Shown in pieces: positions 35,641 to 48,100 of a DNA stretch of 64,000 nucleotides. The stretch covers positions 62,001 to 126,000 of the forward strand of contig NW_027590501.1 of NCBI RefSeq assembly GCF_964213995.1, in the 5' to 3' direction. Positions within the stretch are counted from its first letter, which is position 1. Every line of letters begins with the position of its first letter. The notes under the pieces are model-generated. The model did no database searches. It saw nothing but the letters and a program-made list of their open reading frames with translations, and was not told the DNA's origin. The stretch is from Mustelus asterias. Its lineage: Eukaryota. The position numbers and the translations under genes are program-made.

Positions 35641-36333
35641 AGCACTGAAGGGAAAAGAAATGAATCCAATCTCTATATTCCACACATTTTTAGTCCAGTC
35701 ATATAGACAAAAATCTGTCTGGCCGCCTGCATGGAAATTTTCAGCTCTGTGTCCAGGACAGGAAGCAGTGAGCATGGATCTGTCAATCAGCCTCAAGCAG
35801 CACCTTCAGGAGAATTGGGAGGGTGAATATTAGATACAGCAGAGTGAGAATGGAGGAAGCGTGTGTGGGAGGGAGATTTGCAGTTGTTGGGGAATGAGAG
35901 AGGAAAGAATGTTCCAGAGAAACTAAAATTGTCTGTTCTGAATTTCGATCCTGTACTGACACTGATGACTTTCGTAAACTCCTTTTATAGGATATCAGAA
36001 GGTGACAATGTACAGACAGAAATCTGGAACCAAACGTAACATCAACATCTGACAGAGTCACTCAATTCATCGGGACCTGAATATATTCGACCTTTCAATC
36101 CAGAAGGAGAAATGTTTCTCTGTTCTGTCTGCTTCAGAAGACTTTAAACAAAGACTTTAAAAGCACCAAGACACTCACAAACCTGAATGAGAGTGTTCCA
36201 GTGCACTGTGTGTGGAAAGAGCTTTAACACTGCCTGAAAATACATCGCAACATTCACAGCGGGGAGAGACTGTACCCATGTTCTGTCTGAGATTTAGCTG
36301 TTTAACCTGGAGAGTCACAAGGACAACCGCACC

Positions 36334-37344
36334 ATGGGGAAACCGTGGAAATGTGGGGATTGTGGGAAGGGATTCAGGGTCCCATCTCTACTGGAAACTC
36401 ATCGACGCAGTCACACTGGGGAGAAACCGTTCACCTGCCCTCAGTGTGAGAAGGGATTCACTGACTCATCCGCCCTACGGACGCACCAGCGAATTCACAC
36501 TGGGGAGAAGCCGTTCACCTGCTCTGACTGTGGGAAGGGATTCACTCGGTTATCCAGCCTGCGTGCACACAATCTCACTCACACCAATGAGAAACCGTTT
36601 AAATGCTCTGACTGTGGGAGCAGATTCAAAAGTTCTGGAGAACTGGTGTCCCACCAGCGCATTCACACTGAGGAGAGACCATTCAGCTGCTCTCACTGCT
36701 CAAAGAGGTTTAAATGGTCATTCAGCCTGCAGATCCACCAGCGCATTCACACTGGGGAGAGACCACTCACCTGCTCTGTGTGTGAAAAGGGATTCACTCA
36801 GACATCCGCCTTGCTGCGACACCAGCGAGTTCACACTGGGGAGAGGCCATTCACCTGCACTGTGTGTGGGAAGGGATTCACTGGGTTAACATACCTGCGG
36901 ACACACCAGCAAGCTCACACTGGAGAGAGGCCGTTCACCTGCTCTCAGTGTGGGAAGGGATTCAGTGCATTATCCAGCCTGCAAAGACACAAGCGAGTTC
37001 ACACTGGGGACAAACCGTTCATCTGTTCTCAGTGTGGGAAGGGATTCACTCAGTTATCCCACTTGCGGACACATCAGCGAGTTCACACTGGGGCGAAACC
37101 GTTCACCTGCTCTCAGTGTGGGAAGGGATTCACTCAGTTATCCAGCCTGGAAACACACCAGCGAATTCACACTGGGGAGAGGCCATTCACGTGCTCTCAA
37201 TGTCAGAAGGGATTCACTGAATCATCCGACCTGCTGAGACACCAGCGAATTCACACTGGGGAGAGGCCGTTCACCTGCTCTGTGTGTGGGAAGGGATTCA
37301 GAGTTTCATCCGCCTTGCTGAGACACCAACAAGTTCATGAATGA
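36334..37344 (+). CDS. Z6: tandem C2H2 zinc-finger protein, 12 fingers
   Basis: 336-aa intact ORF starting accATGG (MGKPWKC). Confidence 0.92.
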   Translation: MGKPWKCGDCGKGFRVPSLLETHRRSHTGEKPFTCPQCEKGFTDSSALRTHQRIHTGEKPFTCSDCGKGFTRLSSLRAHNLTHTNEKPFKCSDCGSRFKSSGELVSHQRIHTEERPFSCSHCSKRFKWSFSLQIHQRIHTGERPLTCSVCEKGFTQTSALLRHQRVHTGERPFTCTVCGKGFTGLTYLRTHQQAHTGERPFTCSQCGKGFSALSSLQRHKRVHTGDKPFICSQCGKGFTQLSHLRTHQRVHTGAKPFTCSQCGKGFTQLSSLETHQRIHTGERPFTCSQCQKGFTESSDLLRHQRIHTGERPFTCSVCGKGFRVSSALLRHQQVHE

Positions 37345-38154
37345 TTAGAGAGGTTGGATTCTGCTGTTATTGTTTCTGCTCTCAATTACACCCAGGACTG
37401 CATTCTGTTCATTCTCACAGTTGGTCAATGGGGAGGGTCGGAGGGTTTCTTTCTGCTGGACTGGCCGGTCTCATGACTTTGCCTCCAGTGGGCTGATGCT
37501 CTGAGTCTTGTTGCGAATACCTGGTTTCAAATTTCACACGGATCACAGAGTGACAGGGTGTTAGGAAGTTCAGAGATATTTAGTCAGCATTTCTGTCTAA
37601 AACCCCCCAAATGCCCATCCAATTTCCTTTGTAATTGTTTATTGTCTCCACTTCCTCCACCCTCATAGGCAGTGAGTTCCAGCTCATTACCATTCGCTGC
37701 ATCAAAATATTCTTCCTCACATCCCCCCCCTCCCCGTGCATTTCTGACCCCAAACCTATAACCTGTGTCCTCCTCATCCTTGTCCCATCAGCTAATGGGA
37801 ACATCTTTTCTTTCTCCGTTTTATGTAAACCTGTCAGAATCCTGTCCAGCTCTATCAAATCTCCCCTCAACCTCCTTTATTCCAAGGAGAACAACCTGAG
37901 CCTGTAATCGACAATAAAGAACAAACTAATAGAATATGTTAAGACCTGAAATTAAATGGGAATGTTTAATTTCTGTTTTGAAGATATTGTGAATATATTG
38001 TCCTGGAAAATAAAGAAATTGGAATAACTCAGCTTGGGTGTGGTTGAATGGAATATATCAATGTGGAATCTGGGTTCATTCCAGTGAAAGTCTGGAATGC
38101 GTCATTGGGATGAATAAGTTTATCACTTTCTCTGGGAGTCCATTGTTAGAGGGG

Positions 38155-39255
38155 GTTAGAGTCATAGAGGTTTACAGCATGGAAACAGGCCCCTCGGCCC
38201 AACCTGTCCATGCCACCCTTTTTTATAGCCCTAAGCTTGTTGCAATTGGCCCATATCCCTCTGTACCCATCGTACCCATGTAACTGTCTAAATGCTTTTG
38301 AAAGACAAAATTGTATCCACCTCTACTACTACCTCTGGCAGCTCGTTCCAGACACTCACCACCCTCTGTGTGAAAAAATTGCCCTTCTGGACCCTTTTGT
38401 ATTTCTCCCCTCTCACCTTAAACCTATGCCCTCTAGTTTTAGACTGCCCTACCTTTGGGAAAAGATATTGACTATCTAGCTGATCTATGCCCCTCATTAT
38501 TTTATAGACCTCTATAAGATCACTCCTCAGTCTTCTACGCTCCAGAGAAAAAAGTCCCAGTTTATCCTGCCTCTCCTCATAACTCAAACCATCAAGTCCC
38601 GGTAACATCCGAGTAAATCTTTTCTGCACTCTTTCTAGTTTAATAATATCCTTTCTATAATAGGGTGACCAGAACTGTACACAGTATTCCAAGTGTGGCT
38701 TTACCAATTTCTTGTACAACTTCAACAAGACGTCCCAACTCCTGTATTCAATGTTTTGACCAATGAAACCAAGCATGCTGAATGCCTTCTTCACCACTCT
38801 GTCCACCTGTGACTCCACTTTCAAGGAGCTATGAACCTGTACTTCTAGATCTCTTTGTTCTGTAACTTTCCCCAACACCCTACCATTAACTGAGTAAGTC
38901 CTGCCCTGGTTCAATCTACCAAAATGCATCACCTTGCATTTATCTAAATTAAACTCCATCTGCCATTCATCAGCCCACTGGCCCAATTGATCAATATTCT
39001 GTTACAATCCGAGATAACCTTCTTCACTGTCCATGATGCCACCAATCTTGATGTCATCTGCAAACTTACTAACCATGCCTCCTAAATTCTCATCCACATC
39101 ATTAATATAAATGATAAATAACAGTGGACGCAACACCAATCCTTGAGGCACACCGCTGGTCACAGGCCTCCAGTTTGAAAAACAACTCTCTAAAACCACT
39201 CTCTGGCTTCTGTCATCAAGCCAATTTTGTATCCGTTTAGCTACCTCACCCTGGG
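38155..39255 (-). mobile_element. 5'-truncated CR1, same family as 1-2375
   Basis: ORFs 38288-38986 and 39002-39199 closely match 1270-2375. Confidence 0.93.
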
Positions 39256-39929
39256 TTCAGGACAACCTGGGACTAAAAAGACTAATCGATCAGAATAGAT
39301 AAATTTAAAGTGAATATATAATAGGAGAATCACAAAGAACGTGGAGTTACAAATGTACTGTTTGCAGAGAAATACATATAACCACTGTTAGAGAATGTAA
39401 ACATATTTTTAAAAACATTATATTCTGTATTAAAATCATACACTTTGACTATGACACTCTGAGGCATGATGGTATATAACTATGTAAGAAGAACCACATT
39501 CTTTGAAAACAATAGCTACTGAGCGAAGCAAAAATAAACTCGCATCAGTGTGGGCTCCAGTCAATACAAGCTTCCCAGACAATTGAATGAATGAGAGCAT
39601 ACAGTTTCCTGTTAAAGAGTTTCCAGGACAGTTTTCTGATAAGGAGTTGCTCAGAGAGAGTGGAAATAACCTTTGAACTCTATGGACCGATGTATTCTCA
39701 AGCTGCTGGAGAGTGAAATGTCGTTGGCCAAGGTAAATGATCTACACTAATAATGATTGGCTCACATCCGGCTGGGTAAGCAGAGTGGGTACGCAAATGA
39801 TTTTTGAAAGTTGCATACTTTTGGCAGCAATGTAATTTAGAATAGTTTGGGCTGCCCCAAGTTATTCTCCTAAGCCCCTGGACCAGGCATAGGCACTAAA
39901 GTAGGTTTCCAACCAGAATTACTGTCCCC

Positions 39930-41005
39930 ATGAGTTCTTTGTATTAGCTGAGTTGTAAATCAGTGAAAGCCAGCATAATACTTGGTCTCTGAAACGCTCG
40001 AACATCCATGAACTTTGTTTCAAAGAAATCATAGAAAACCCTACAGTACAGAAAGAGGCCATTCGGCCCATCGGGTCTGCACCGACCACAATCCCACCCA
40101 GGTCCTATCCCCATATCCCTACATATTTACCCACTAATCCCTCTAATTTACGCATCCCAGGACACTAAGGGCAATTTTTTTGGCATGGCCAATCAACCTA
40201 ACCCACACATCTTTGGACTGTGGGAGGAAACCAGAGCACCCGGAGGAAACCCACGCAGACACGAGGAGAATGTGCAAACTCCACACAGACAGTGACCCAA
40301 GCCGGGAATCGAACCCAGGCCCCTGGAGCTGTGAAGCAGCAGTGCTAACCACTGTGCTACCGTGCCGCTCTTAAATCTACATTTGAAAGCCCGGCCACTA
40401 CATGAAATACCAGCAGCAAAACAGGCGGAGATAAGAAAGACAGACACTCATTTTGATCTTTTCATCAACATATCTGAGAGTTAAGAATGTGTGACATGAT
40501 TTTGGGATACCAGAGTGAGTGTGCAGATGTGATTTGTTACATGTGAAAAATAACAAGCCTAAATTCATGGTGAGATGGAGTGAAGAGCGGGTCCCAAACA
40601 CACACAGCTACTTGAGACACAGCAGGAGATGAAATGGTTAATGTGGCCAGGGGATTGAGACAACATTGTGACATCATCAAGGCATTGACACACACTCCAG
40701 AGAGAAACTGAGTTCAAAACAATCAGGGTCCAATTAAACACACTGCACATGCTCACAAAGTGAGGGAAATTAAAATAAAATGGATAATATAATGGATTGG
40801 GACAATTAAGGGCTTGGGAGAAATAATACTGAGTAAGAACTGTCCACAAGTTGGATAGGGGTAAAGAGAGCTGGAGAATCTTTTACATTTTTTATGGACT
40901 CGCAACCCAGAACTGACAGCGCTCCTTCAGGAGTAGGAAAGGTCGAGTAGATGTGACCCCAGGCGGGACAGGAACAGAACTGGAAAATAACGAAGTGGAA
41001 TTGAA
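39930..41005 (+). repeat. Local segmental duplication, copy 2
   Basis: Homologous to 17090-18195. Confidence 0.9.
40025..40368 (-). mobile_element. HE1/V-SINE-like SINE
   Basis: Full-length reverse-complement copy; absent at the paralogous site at about 17190. Confidence 0.92.
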
Positions 41006-41054
41006 ATTGTCTAAATGACTGGACTGACAATGTGTGGAATGTACAGACTGGGGG

Positions 41055-41432
41055 AACAATGGGTGGGGGCGGGGCTCCCGGGTCCGCGCGCCTGAACCCG
41101 GAGACGTCACCGCGGAGCAGAGTGATTGCTATTGGCTGATTCAGGCAGGGCTCCATTGTGCCATCACAATGACTCAGAGGGGCGTTCCCAGCACACACTG
41201 TCCCATTGGCAGCAATATCACTGGTTACAGAAGCAGCACACTGTGGATTGGACACCAGCTCAGCGCGGCTGGCGGTCAAAGCCCCGCCCACCCCCACGTG
41301 GGCTCGGGTTCCGCCCCCTCATTGTCTACATGCGGCAGATTGACAAATGGCAACGCGTGGAGGACCGGATGGGCGCTGGTCCTCCAGCCAATCAGAGTCC
41401 GGCCCCTGTGTCAATGACCGCGCGGAGCTTCC
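41055..41432 (+). promoter_or_regulatory. Composite CpG promoter of Z7
   Basis: 41055-41175 matches rc of 51600-51730; 41270-41432 matches 34243-34402. Confidence 0.7.
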
Positions 41433-42357
41433 TGTGGACATGAATGTGGGGGTTCGATCAGTAAGTTTGCTGATGATACAAAAATTGGTGATGTGGTAAA
41501 TAGCGAGGAGGAAAGCCTTAGATTACAGGATGATGTGGACGAGCTGGTTAGATGGGCAGAATAGTGGCAAATGTAATTTAACCCTGAAATGTCTGAGGTG
41601 ATGCATTTTGGAAGGACTAACAAGGCAAGGGAACAGATAATGAACAATAGGACGCCAGGAAGTACAGAGGACCAGAGGGACCTTGGGGTGCATGTCCATA
41701 GGACCCTGAAGACAGCAGGACAGATTGATAAACTGGTTAAGAAGGGATATGGGATACTTGTCTTTTTTAGCCAAGGCATCAAATATTACAGCAGGCAGGT
41801 TATGATTGAGTGTATAAAATGCTGGAGTACTGTCTGCAGTTCGGGTCGCCACACTTTAGGAAGGATGTGATTGCACTGGAGAAGGTGCAGAGGAGATTCA
41901 CCAGGATGCTGCCTGGGCTGGAACGTGTCAGTCATGAAGAGAGGCTAGTTAGGCTCGAATTGGTCTCCCTAAAGCAGAGAAGGCTGAGGGGGGGCCTGAT
42001 TGAGATGTACAAAAATATGAACGCTCAGTTCACTGACCTTTAGTAGCTGGGTCAATATCCAGAGACATGGATTTAAGTGAGGGGCAGGAGAGTTAGAGGG
42101 GATTTATGGGAAACAATTTTCACCCAGAGGGTGGTGGGAATCGGGAACTCACTGCCTGATGGGGGGGGGGGGGGGGGGGCAGGGGGAGGTGGGAACGCTC
42201 AACATTAAGAAGCATTTAGATAAGTATTTGAAATGTCATAACATATAAGGCTGCTCCTGACCAAGTGGTGAAAGGTGGGATTAGAACAGATTGGTGCTTG
42301 AGAGCTGGCACAAATACGATGGGTCAAAGGGCCTCTTGCTGTGTTTTAAAACTCTGA
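41433..42357 (+). mobile_element. 5'-truncated CR1
   Basis: Motifs SKFADDTKIG, LEYCLQFGSP; CR1 tail gatgggtcaaagggcc. Contains a poly-G run at 42161-42179. Confidence 0.88.
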
Positions 42358-43161
42358 GGACAGAATTATGACAGTGTGGTTATGTGTTAAATATTGGATG
42401 GTTCTATAATAAAGTACATTTATTATTATTTCTTGTCTTGTAATATAGTACTGTAGCTATGTTATATATTTCCAGTCAGAGCCATTATAGCACAGGGGGA
42501 GTCCATTGGACAATTCAAGGCCCTGCTGACTCTCTGTCGAGCAATTCTGTCAGTCTGGAGAGGGTCCCATTCTGTACTCCTGCAGCACCCATCCAATCTC
42601 ATTGAGAAATTACTGACCATCTCTGCTTGACTACCCTCACAGGCAGCAAGTTCAGGAGCATGACTAATCACAACCCCCATATCTTAACCAACTTACAGAT
42701 TTAGGGGAATGAGTGGGGAAAGAATGTTCTATAGAAACTAGAATTATCTGTTCTGAATTTTGATCCTGTAGTGACTGTGATGTCTGCTGCAAACTCCTTT
42801 TATAGGATATCAGAAGGTTAGGATCCATTGACAGAATCCCAAATCATGCGCCACGTCAAGATTTGACAGTCGCTCAATTCATCTGGACCTGAATACCATC
42901 GGCCTTTGCATCTAGAAGGAGAAATGTTTCTCTATTCTGTCTGCTTCAGAAGGCGTTAAATGTCAGTGTGACTGGAAAAGCACCAACGCACACACACACC
43001 TGAGTGAGAGTGTTCCAGTGCACTGACTGTGGAAAGAGCTTTAACCAGTTATATAGCCTGAAAATACATCACAGCTTTCACAGTGGGCAGAGACTGTACC
43101 CGTGTTCTGTGTGAGATTTAACTGATTGTTTAACCTGGAGAGTCACAAGGACACCCGAACC

Positions 43162-44004
43162 ATGGAGAAACCATGGAAATGTGGGGACTGTGGGAAGGGA
43201 TTCAGATTCCCATCTCGGCTGGAAATTCATCGACGTATTCACACTGAGGAGTGGCCATTCACCTGCTCTGTGTGTGGCATGGGATTCACTTATTTCTCCA
43301 AGCTGTTGAACCACAAAGTCACTCACACTAATGAGAGACCCTTTAAATGCTCCGACTGTGGGAGCAGCTTCAAAAGGGCGCAGGAACTGCTGAGACACGA
43401 GCGAATTCACACTGAGGAGAAACCATTCAGCTGCTCTCAATGCTCAAAGAGATTTAGATCAACATCCAACCTGCAGGAACACCAGCGAGTTCACACCAGT
43501 GAGAGACCCTTTAAATGCTCCGACTGTGGGAGTGAATTCAAAAGGTCTCAGGATCTGAGGGACCACCAGCACATTCACACCGAGGAGAGACCATTCAGCT
43601 GCTCTCACTGCACAAAGAGGTTTAGAACGTCATCCCACCTGCAGAGACACCAGCGAATTCACACTGGGGAGAAACCATTCACCTGCTCTGTGTGTGGGAA
43701 GGGATTCACTGATTCATTCAACCTGCGGGAACACCAGCGAACTCACATTGGGGAGAGGCCATTTATCTGCTGTGTGTGTGGAAAGGGATTCACCCGGGCA
43801 TCCAGCCTGCTGACACACCAGCGGGTTTACACCGGGGAGGGGCTGTTTACCTGCTCTCACTGTGGGAAGGGATTCACTCAGTTATCCAGACTGCAGGTAC
43901 ACGTTCGAGTTCACACTGGGGAGAGACCATTCACCTGCTCTGTATGTGGAAAGGGATTCACTCAGTCAACATTCCTGCAGAGACACCAGCGAGTTCACAA
44001 GTGA
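43162..44004 (+). CDS. Z7: tandem C2H2 zinc-finger protein, 10 fingers (8th His>Tyr)
   Basis: accATGG MEKPWKC at 43162; intact to cac aag tga. Confidence 0.9.
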   Translation: MEKPWKCGDCGKGFRFPSRLEIHRRIHTEEWPFTCSVCGMGFTYFSKLLNHKVTHTNERPFKCSDCGSSFKRAQELLRHERIHTEEKPFSCSQCSKRFRSTSNLQEHQRVHTSERPFKCSDCGSEFKRSQDLRDHQHIHTEERPFSCSHCTKRFRTSSHLQRHQRIHTGEKPFTCSVCGKGFTDSFNLREHQRTHIGERPFICCVCGKGFTRASSLLTHQRVYTGEGLFTCSHCGKGFTQLSRLQVHVRVHTGERPFTCSVCGKGFTQSTFLQRHQRVHK

Positions 44005-44617
44005 TGACAGGGGTTGGATTCTGCTGTTATTGCTGCTGTTAATCACATCCAGGACTGAACCATGTTCATTCTGACAGTTGGTGAAGTGGGAGGGTCGGAG
44101 GGTTTCTTTCTGCTGGACTGGCCGGTCTCACAACTTTGCTTCCAGTGGGCTGATGCTCTTTGAGCCTGGGAGAGCACATTTCCACTGAAATGATCCACAA
44201 AAACTGATAAAGGACATTTATTTAATCCTGGATAGTAAATAGTGTTTTTCCTACCACTGCAGGTAGATCTAAAATAAATACAGAAAGAACTGGAAAAACG
44301 CAGCAGCTCTGGCAGCATCTGTGGAGAGAGAAACAGAGTTAATGTTTCACATCCAATGTAACTCTACTTCAGAACTAAAGAGAGGGAGAAATGTGATGGG
44401 TTTGATGCTGCTGAGAAGGGGGGGAGGGGCAGGTAGAACAAAAGGGAAAGTCAGGGATTGGTTAGAGGGTGGGTGAGATTAAATGACAAAAATATCCCGG
44501 AACAAAAGGCAAAGGGAGAGGTAATGGTTGTGGTAAAGAAACAAAGCATTGGTCCAGAGTAAGTGTTAATGGCAGAATAAAGGACAGCTCTGTCTGGAAG
44601 CAAAAATGGTACTGTCT

Positions 44618-45197
44618 GGAAGCATGGTACATTGGGGAAACTATGCAGACGCTGCGACAACGGATGAATGAACACCGCTCGACAATCACCAGGCAAGACT
44701 GTTCTCTTCCTGTTGGAGAGCACTTCAGCGGTCACGGGCATTCGGCCTCTGATATTCGGGTAAGCGTTCTCCAAAGCGGCCTTCGCGACACACAACAGCG
44801 CAGAGTCGCTGAGGAGAAACTGATAGCCAAGTTCCGCACACACGAGGACGGCCTCAACCGGGATATTGGGTTCATGTCACACTATTTGTAACTCCCACAG
44901 TTTCGTGGACCTGCAGAGTTTCACTGGCTGTCTTGTCTGGAGACAATACACATCTTTTTAGCCTGTCTTGATGCTCTCTCCACTCCCATTGTTTTGTTTC
45001 TTAAAGACTTGATTAGTTGTAAGTATTCGCATTCCAACCATTATTCATGTAAATTGAGTCTGTCTTTATAAGCTCTGTTTGTGAACAGAATTCCCACTCA
45101 CCTGAAGAAGGGGCTTAGAGCTTCGAAAGCTTGTGTGGCTTTTGCTACCAAATAAACCTGTTGGACTTTAACCTGGTGTTGTTAAACTTCTTACTGT
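44618..45197 (+). mobile_element. Penelope-like element 3' fragment with GIY-YIG endonuclease end
   Basis: Translates WYIGETMQTLRQRMNEHRS...PVGEHF...GLNRD. ggaagcaaaaa flanks both sides. Confidence 0.88.
45094..45138 (+). ncRNA. Minimal type I hammerhead ribozyme motif in PLE terminus
   Basis: cac-CTGAAGA-aggggc-ttaga-gcttc-GAAA-gc-tt-gtg: conserved core, stem II and palindromic AGCT stem III. Confidence 0.6.
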
Positions 45198-48100
45198 GGA
45201 AGCAAAAAAACATGAAAACAAGATGCAGACTGGCACTCGGCAAAAAAAACAACCCAAAATGTAGGAGAGAGTTCAGGATGTGAAGTTGTTGAACTCAATG
45301 TTGAGTCCAGAAGGCTGTAATGTGCCTCATCGGAAGATGAGGGGCTGTTTGTCCAGCTTGTGTTGGGCTTCTCCGGAACATTGCAGCAGGCCGAGGACAG
45401 AAATGTGAGCGTGAGAGCAAGGTGGGGAATTCTAATGGCAAGCAAGCGGAAGGTCAGGGTCATGCTTGTGGACTGAGCGGAGGTGTTCCACAAAGAGGGC
45501 AGGGAACAGGGGACAGATGAATTAAAGAGAAACCATTTGTGTCCAGAACATTGTGAACATCCTTTTACTCTGGTTGTCTTTGATCCTCAAGTCATTTTCT
45601 GTTTGTTTTAACCATGTTCTGTTTCATTAATAGACTTTTATCAGTAAAAATATTTGATTTTTCTGGACTTTTCCTGATGAGATTGATGCACTTTAGGGAA
45701 AGTGGGTGAGAGGGGTTGGCAGGCTCTTTAACAGAAAGTGAGTCCCTCTGAGGTAATTGGCAAAGGAGCCAGAGGGGGAGATGAGATTTTATTTTTTGAC
45801 ACAGTGAGTTGTTCTGATCTGCCTGAAAGCAGATTCAATAGTTTGCCTCCAAAGGGTTAAGACTTGAGTGGGAAGAATTTGGGGAAAGAACCGTGCAGTT
45901 GGATGAATCAAAGAGTCCTTTCAAAGAGATAGCAGGAGGACGATGGGCTGAATGGACTCCTCCTGCAGCCTGTCAATCTCATCCTCCAGCTTTTGTGCAT
46001 GTTAAAAGGGGCAGATTTCATTGCAGCCTCTTCCCTGTATATGTATTTAAAGAGACGGGTTTCTCTTTAGCCCTGAGTGACCGATATAACAATTGATTGG
46101 AGGCCCATTTCTCACTCAGTCGTCCAGCACCTTCCTGTCTCTCGATTACTGCAACATACATTGCAGTTTTCCAACTGGGGCGCAGGCCTCATTATTCACA
46201 GCTAAATTCAGCCCTCAGCTCCGTCGCCTGGCTGTCATTGACAAGAGCAATAGAGAGACAGAAAGGTGCCACAGGCTCAAATGGGAAATCAAAACACAGG
46301 GCTTTGAATGAATTATTAGGATCTCTGTAATGATCAATAATTTAAAGAAATGAATTCTAAACTCAATGAGTAAATTGAAGAATCACAGGACAAAACTTCC
46401 AACTTTTATGACTTCTACTCCAACAAACTGGAAGCAACAATGACAAAACACTTCTTTGTCGGGAACATAACCCTTAAACTGTAAAATTGAACTTTGCCCT
46501 TTTCCTCTTAACACCATCAAATGTCCCACTCAATGGTTATATTTTATTCCACCTTGGAATGTTCACACTCAATTCTCCAAGAATGAGTCCAAGGTGATTT
46601 TTCACTCCCCAAGGGTTTATTTCCATTGTTTTCCTTTTCCAGTCTGGCAACCTTTAATCCCAGAACTGTCCTTCACAGTGATGGTTCTCCTGGACATTTT
46701 CCCACGAACACAAGCAAGGCGAATCTTCCAGCCTTGTTTCACAATCCTCAGGAATTTGTGACCAACATTCGACATAGGAGCAGAAGTTGGCCATTTGGCC
46801 CTTTGAGTCTGCTCCAACATTTATTTACATCATGGCTGATCTGTTTGTGTTGCGTTGTGGGAAATTTACCACTTCGGAGTCAGACTTGGAGGTTCAACAA
46901 AACAGTTTTATTTCGGACAAAGCTTTGGGAGAAAGCACTGGTACTCCGCAGTACTTGGCAGCAACCTTCTCAACTACACAATGGTAGTTGAGCATCTTTA
47001 TACCTTTTAGACAATAGATAGTACGGACATTAGCCGTTAACACATCGTTACAAGTTGAGTAGGCAGATACGGACATCGACAATTAACACATCGTTCCAAG
47101 CAGACAGGTACGGACATGGACAGTTAACACATCATTATACATAGAATGGATACATTTATGCAGTTATGTCTTCTATCAATGACTGGTTTCGATATATACA
47201 TTTATGTATTTATGTCTCCATCAGTGGATGATCTCGTTACATTTATGTCCCCATCAGTGGTGGATCTTATTATCAAACTCATTGTTCTGGGTCTGCTCTT
47301 ATCTCAAGTCTTAAAGTGCCCCAGGTCTGACCAGCTTCCTGCAGCAATTCAGATACTGCAGGTTTTAACTCTTTGTGTAACTGTCTGTGCCCAAAGCCAG
47401 TGCCTTTTAATGTCCCTTCCCAGAGTCCATTTTGTGTGCCAGGTAACCATTTTGTGTCCATCATTTTAATTTCACCATTACAGTTGCGTTCCACATTCTC
47501 GTTCCACACCCAATATTTTAGATTCCCTTATCCAACAACAGTTGGTATAAAGGCAAAATTCTGCTGTTGTTGGAATCTGAAACAAAAACAGAAAATGCTG
47601 GACAATCTCAGCAAGTCTGACAGCATCTGTAAAGAGAGAATAGAGACAGCATTTTGAGTCAGGACGATTCTTTGTCAGGTGAAGACAAGGAAAATCGGAC
47701 AAAATTTATCCTGTGAGGGTCAAGAATTGGGAAGCAATCTATTAAACCTCCTCTGAACCACCCTCAATGCATTTGTATCATTTCTTAAATAGGAGACAAA
47801 ACTGCAGCCCCTATTCAAGATGCAGTTTCAGCAACGCCCTGTATAACTGAAGCATAATATGTTTACTTCTATGTTCAATTTCTCTCGTAATAAAGGATTG
47901 CATTCCATTTGTAAGAACTTTGATTTATTTGAACTAAGATTTATGGGTGTTCTCTTGTTTACAATAATCTCCCTAATCATAAATCACACCAGGTTCCAGT
48001 GACTTAACCATATGGTAAGAAAGAACAATTTAAATGGTGAATTCAGAAAGTTAATTAACCATTAAAAATGTAACAAGTCAGAACGGTAAAAGGCAAAGTG

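Larger units (their letters stand above)
44265..45494 (-). mobile_element. Penelope-like element 3' part (host), split by a second PLE
   Basis: rc of 45270-45494 translates VEHLRSV...DLPLACH..SP...VLGLLQC...LIFR.GTLQPSGLNIEFNNF, a PLE endonuclease C-terminus. Terminal repeat at 44265-44380. Confidence 0.75.

Noticed and set aside
42161-42190. Poly-G run as a functional G-quadruplex
   Set aside because: A homopolymer expansion inside a decayed CR1, and its length is prone to sequencing error.
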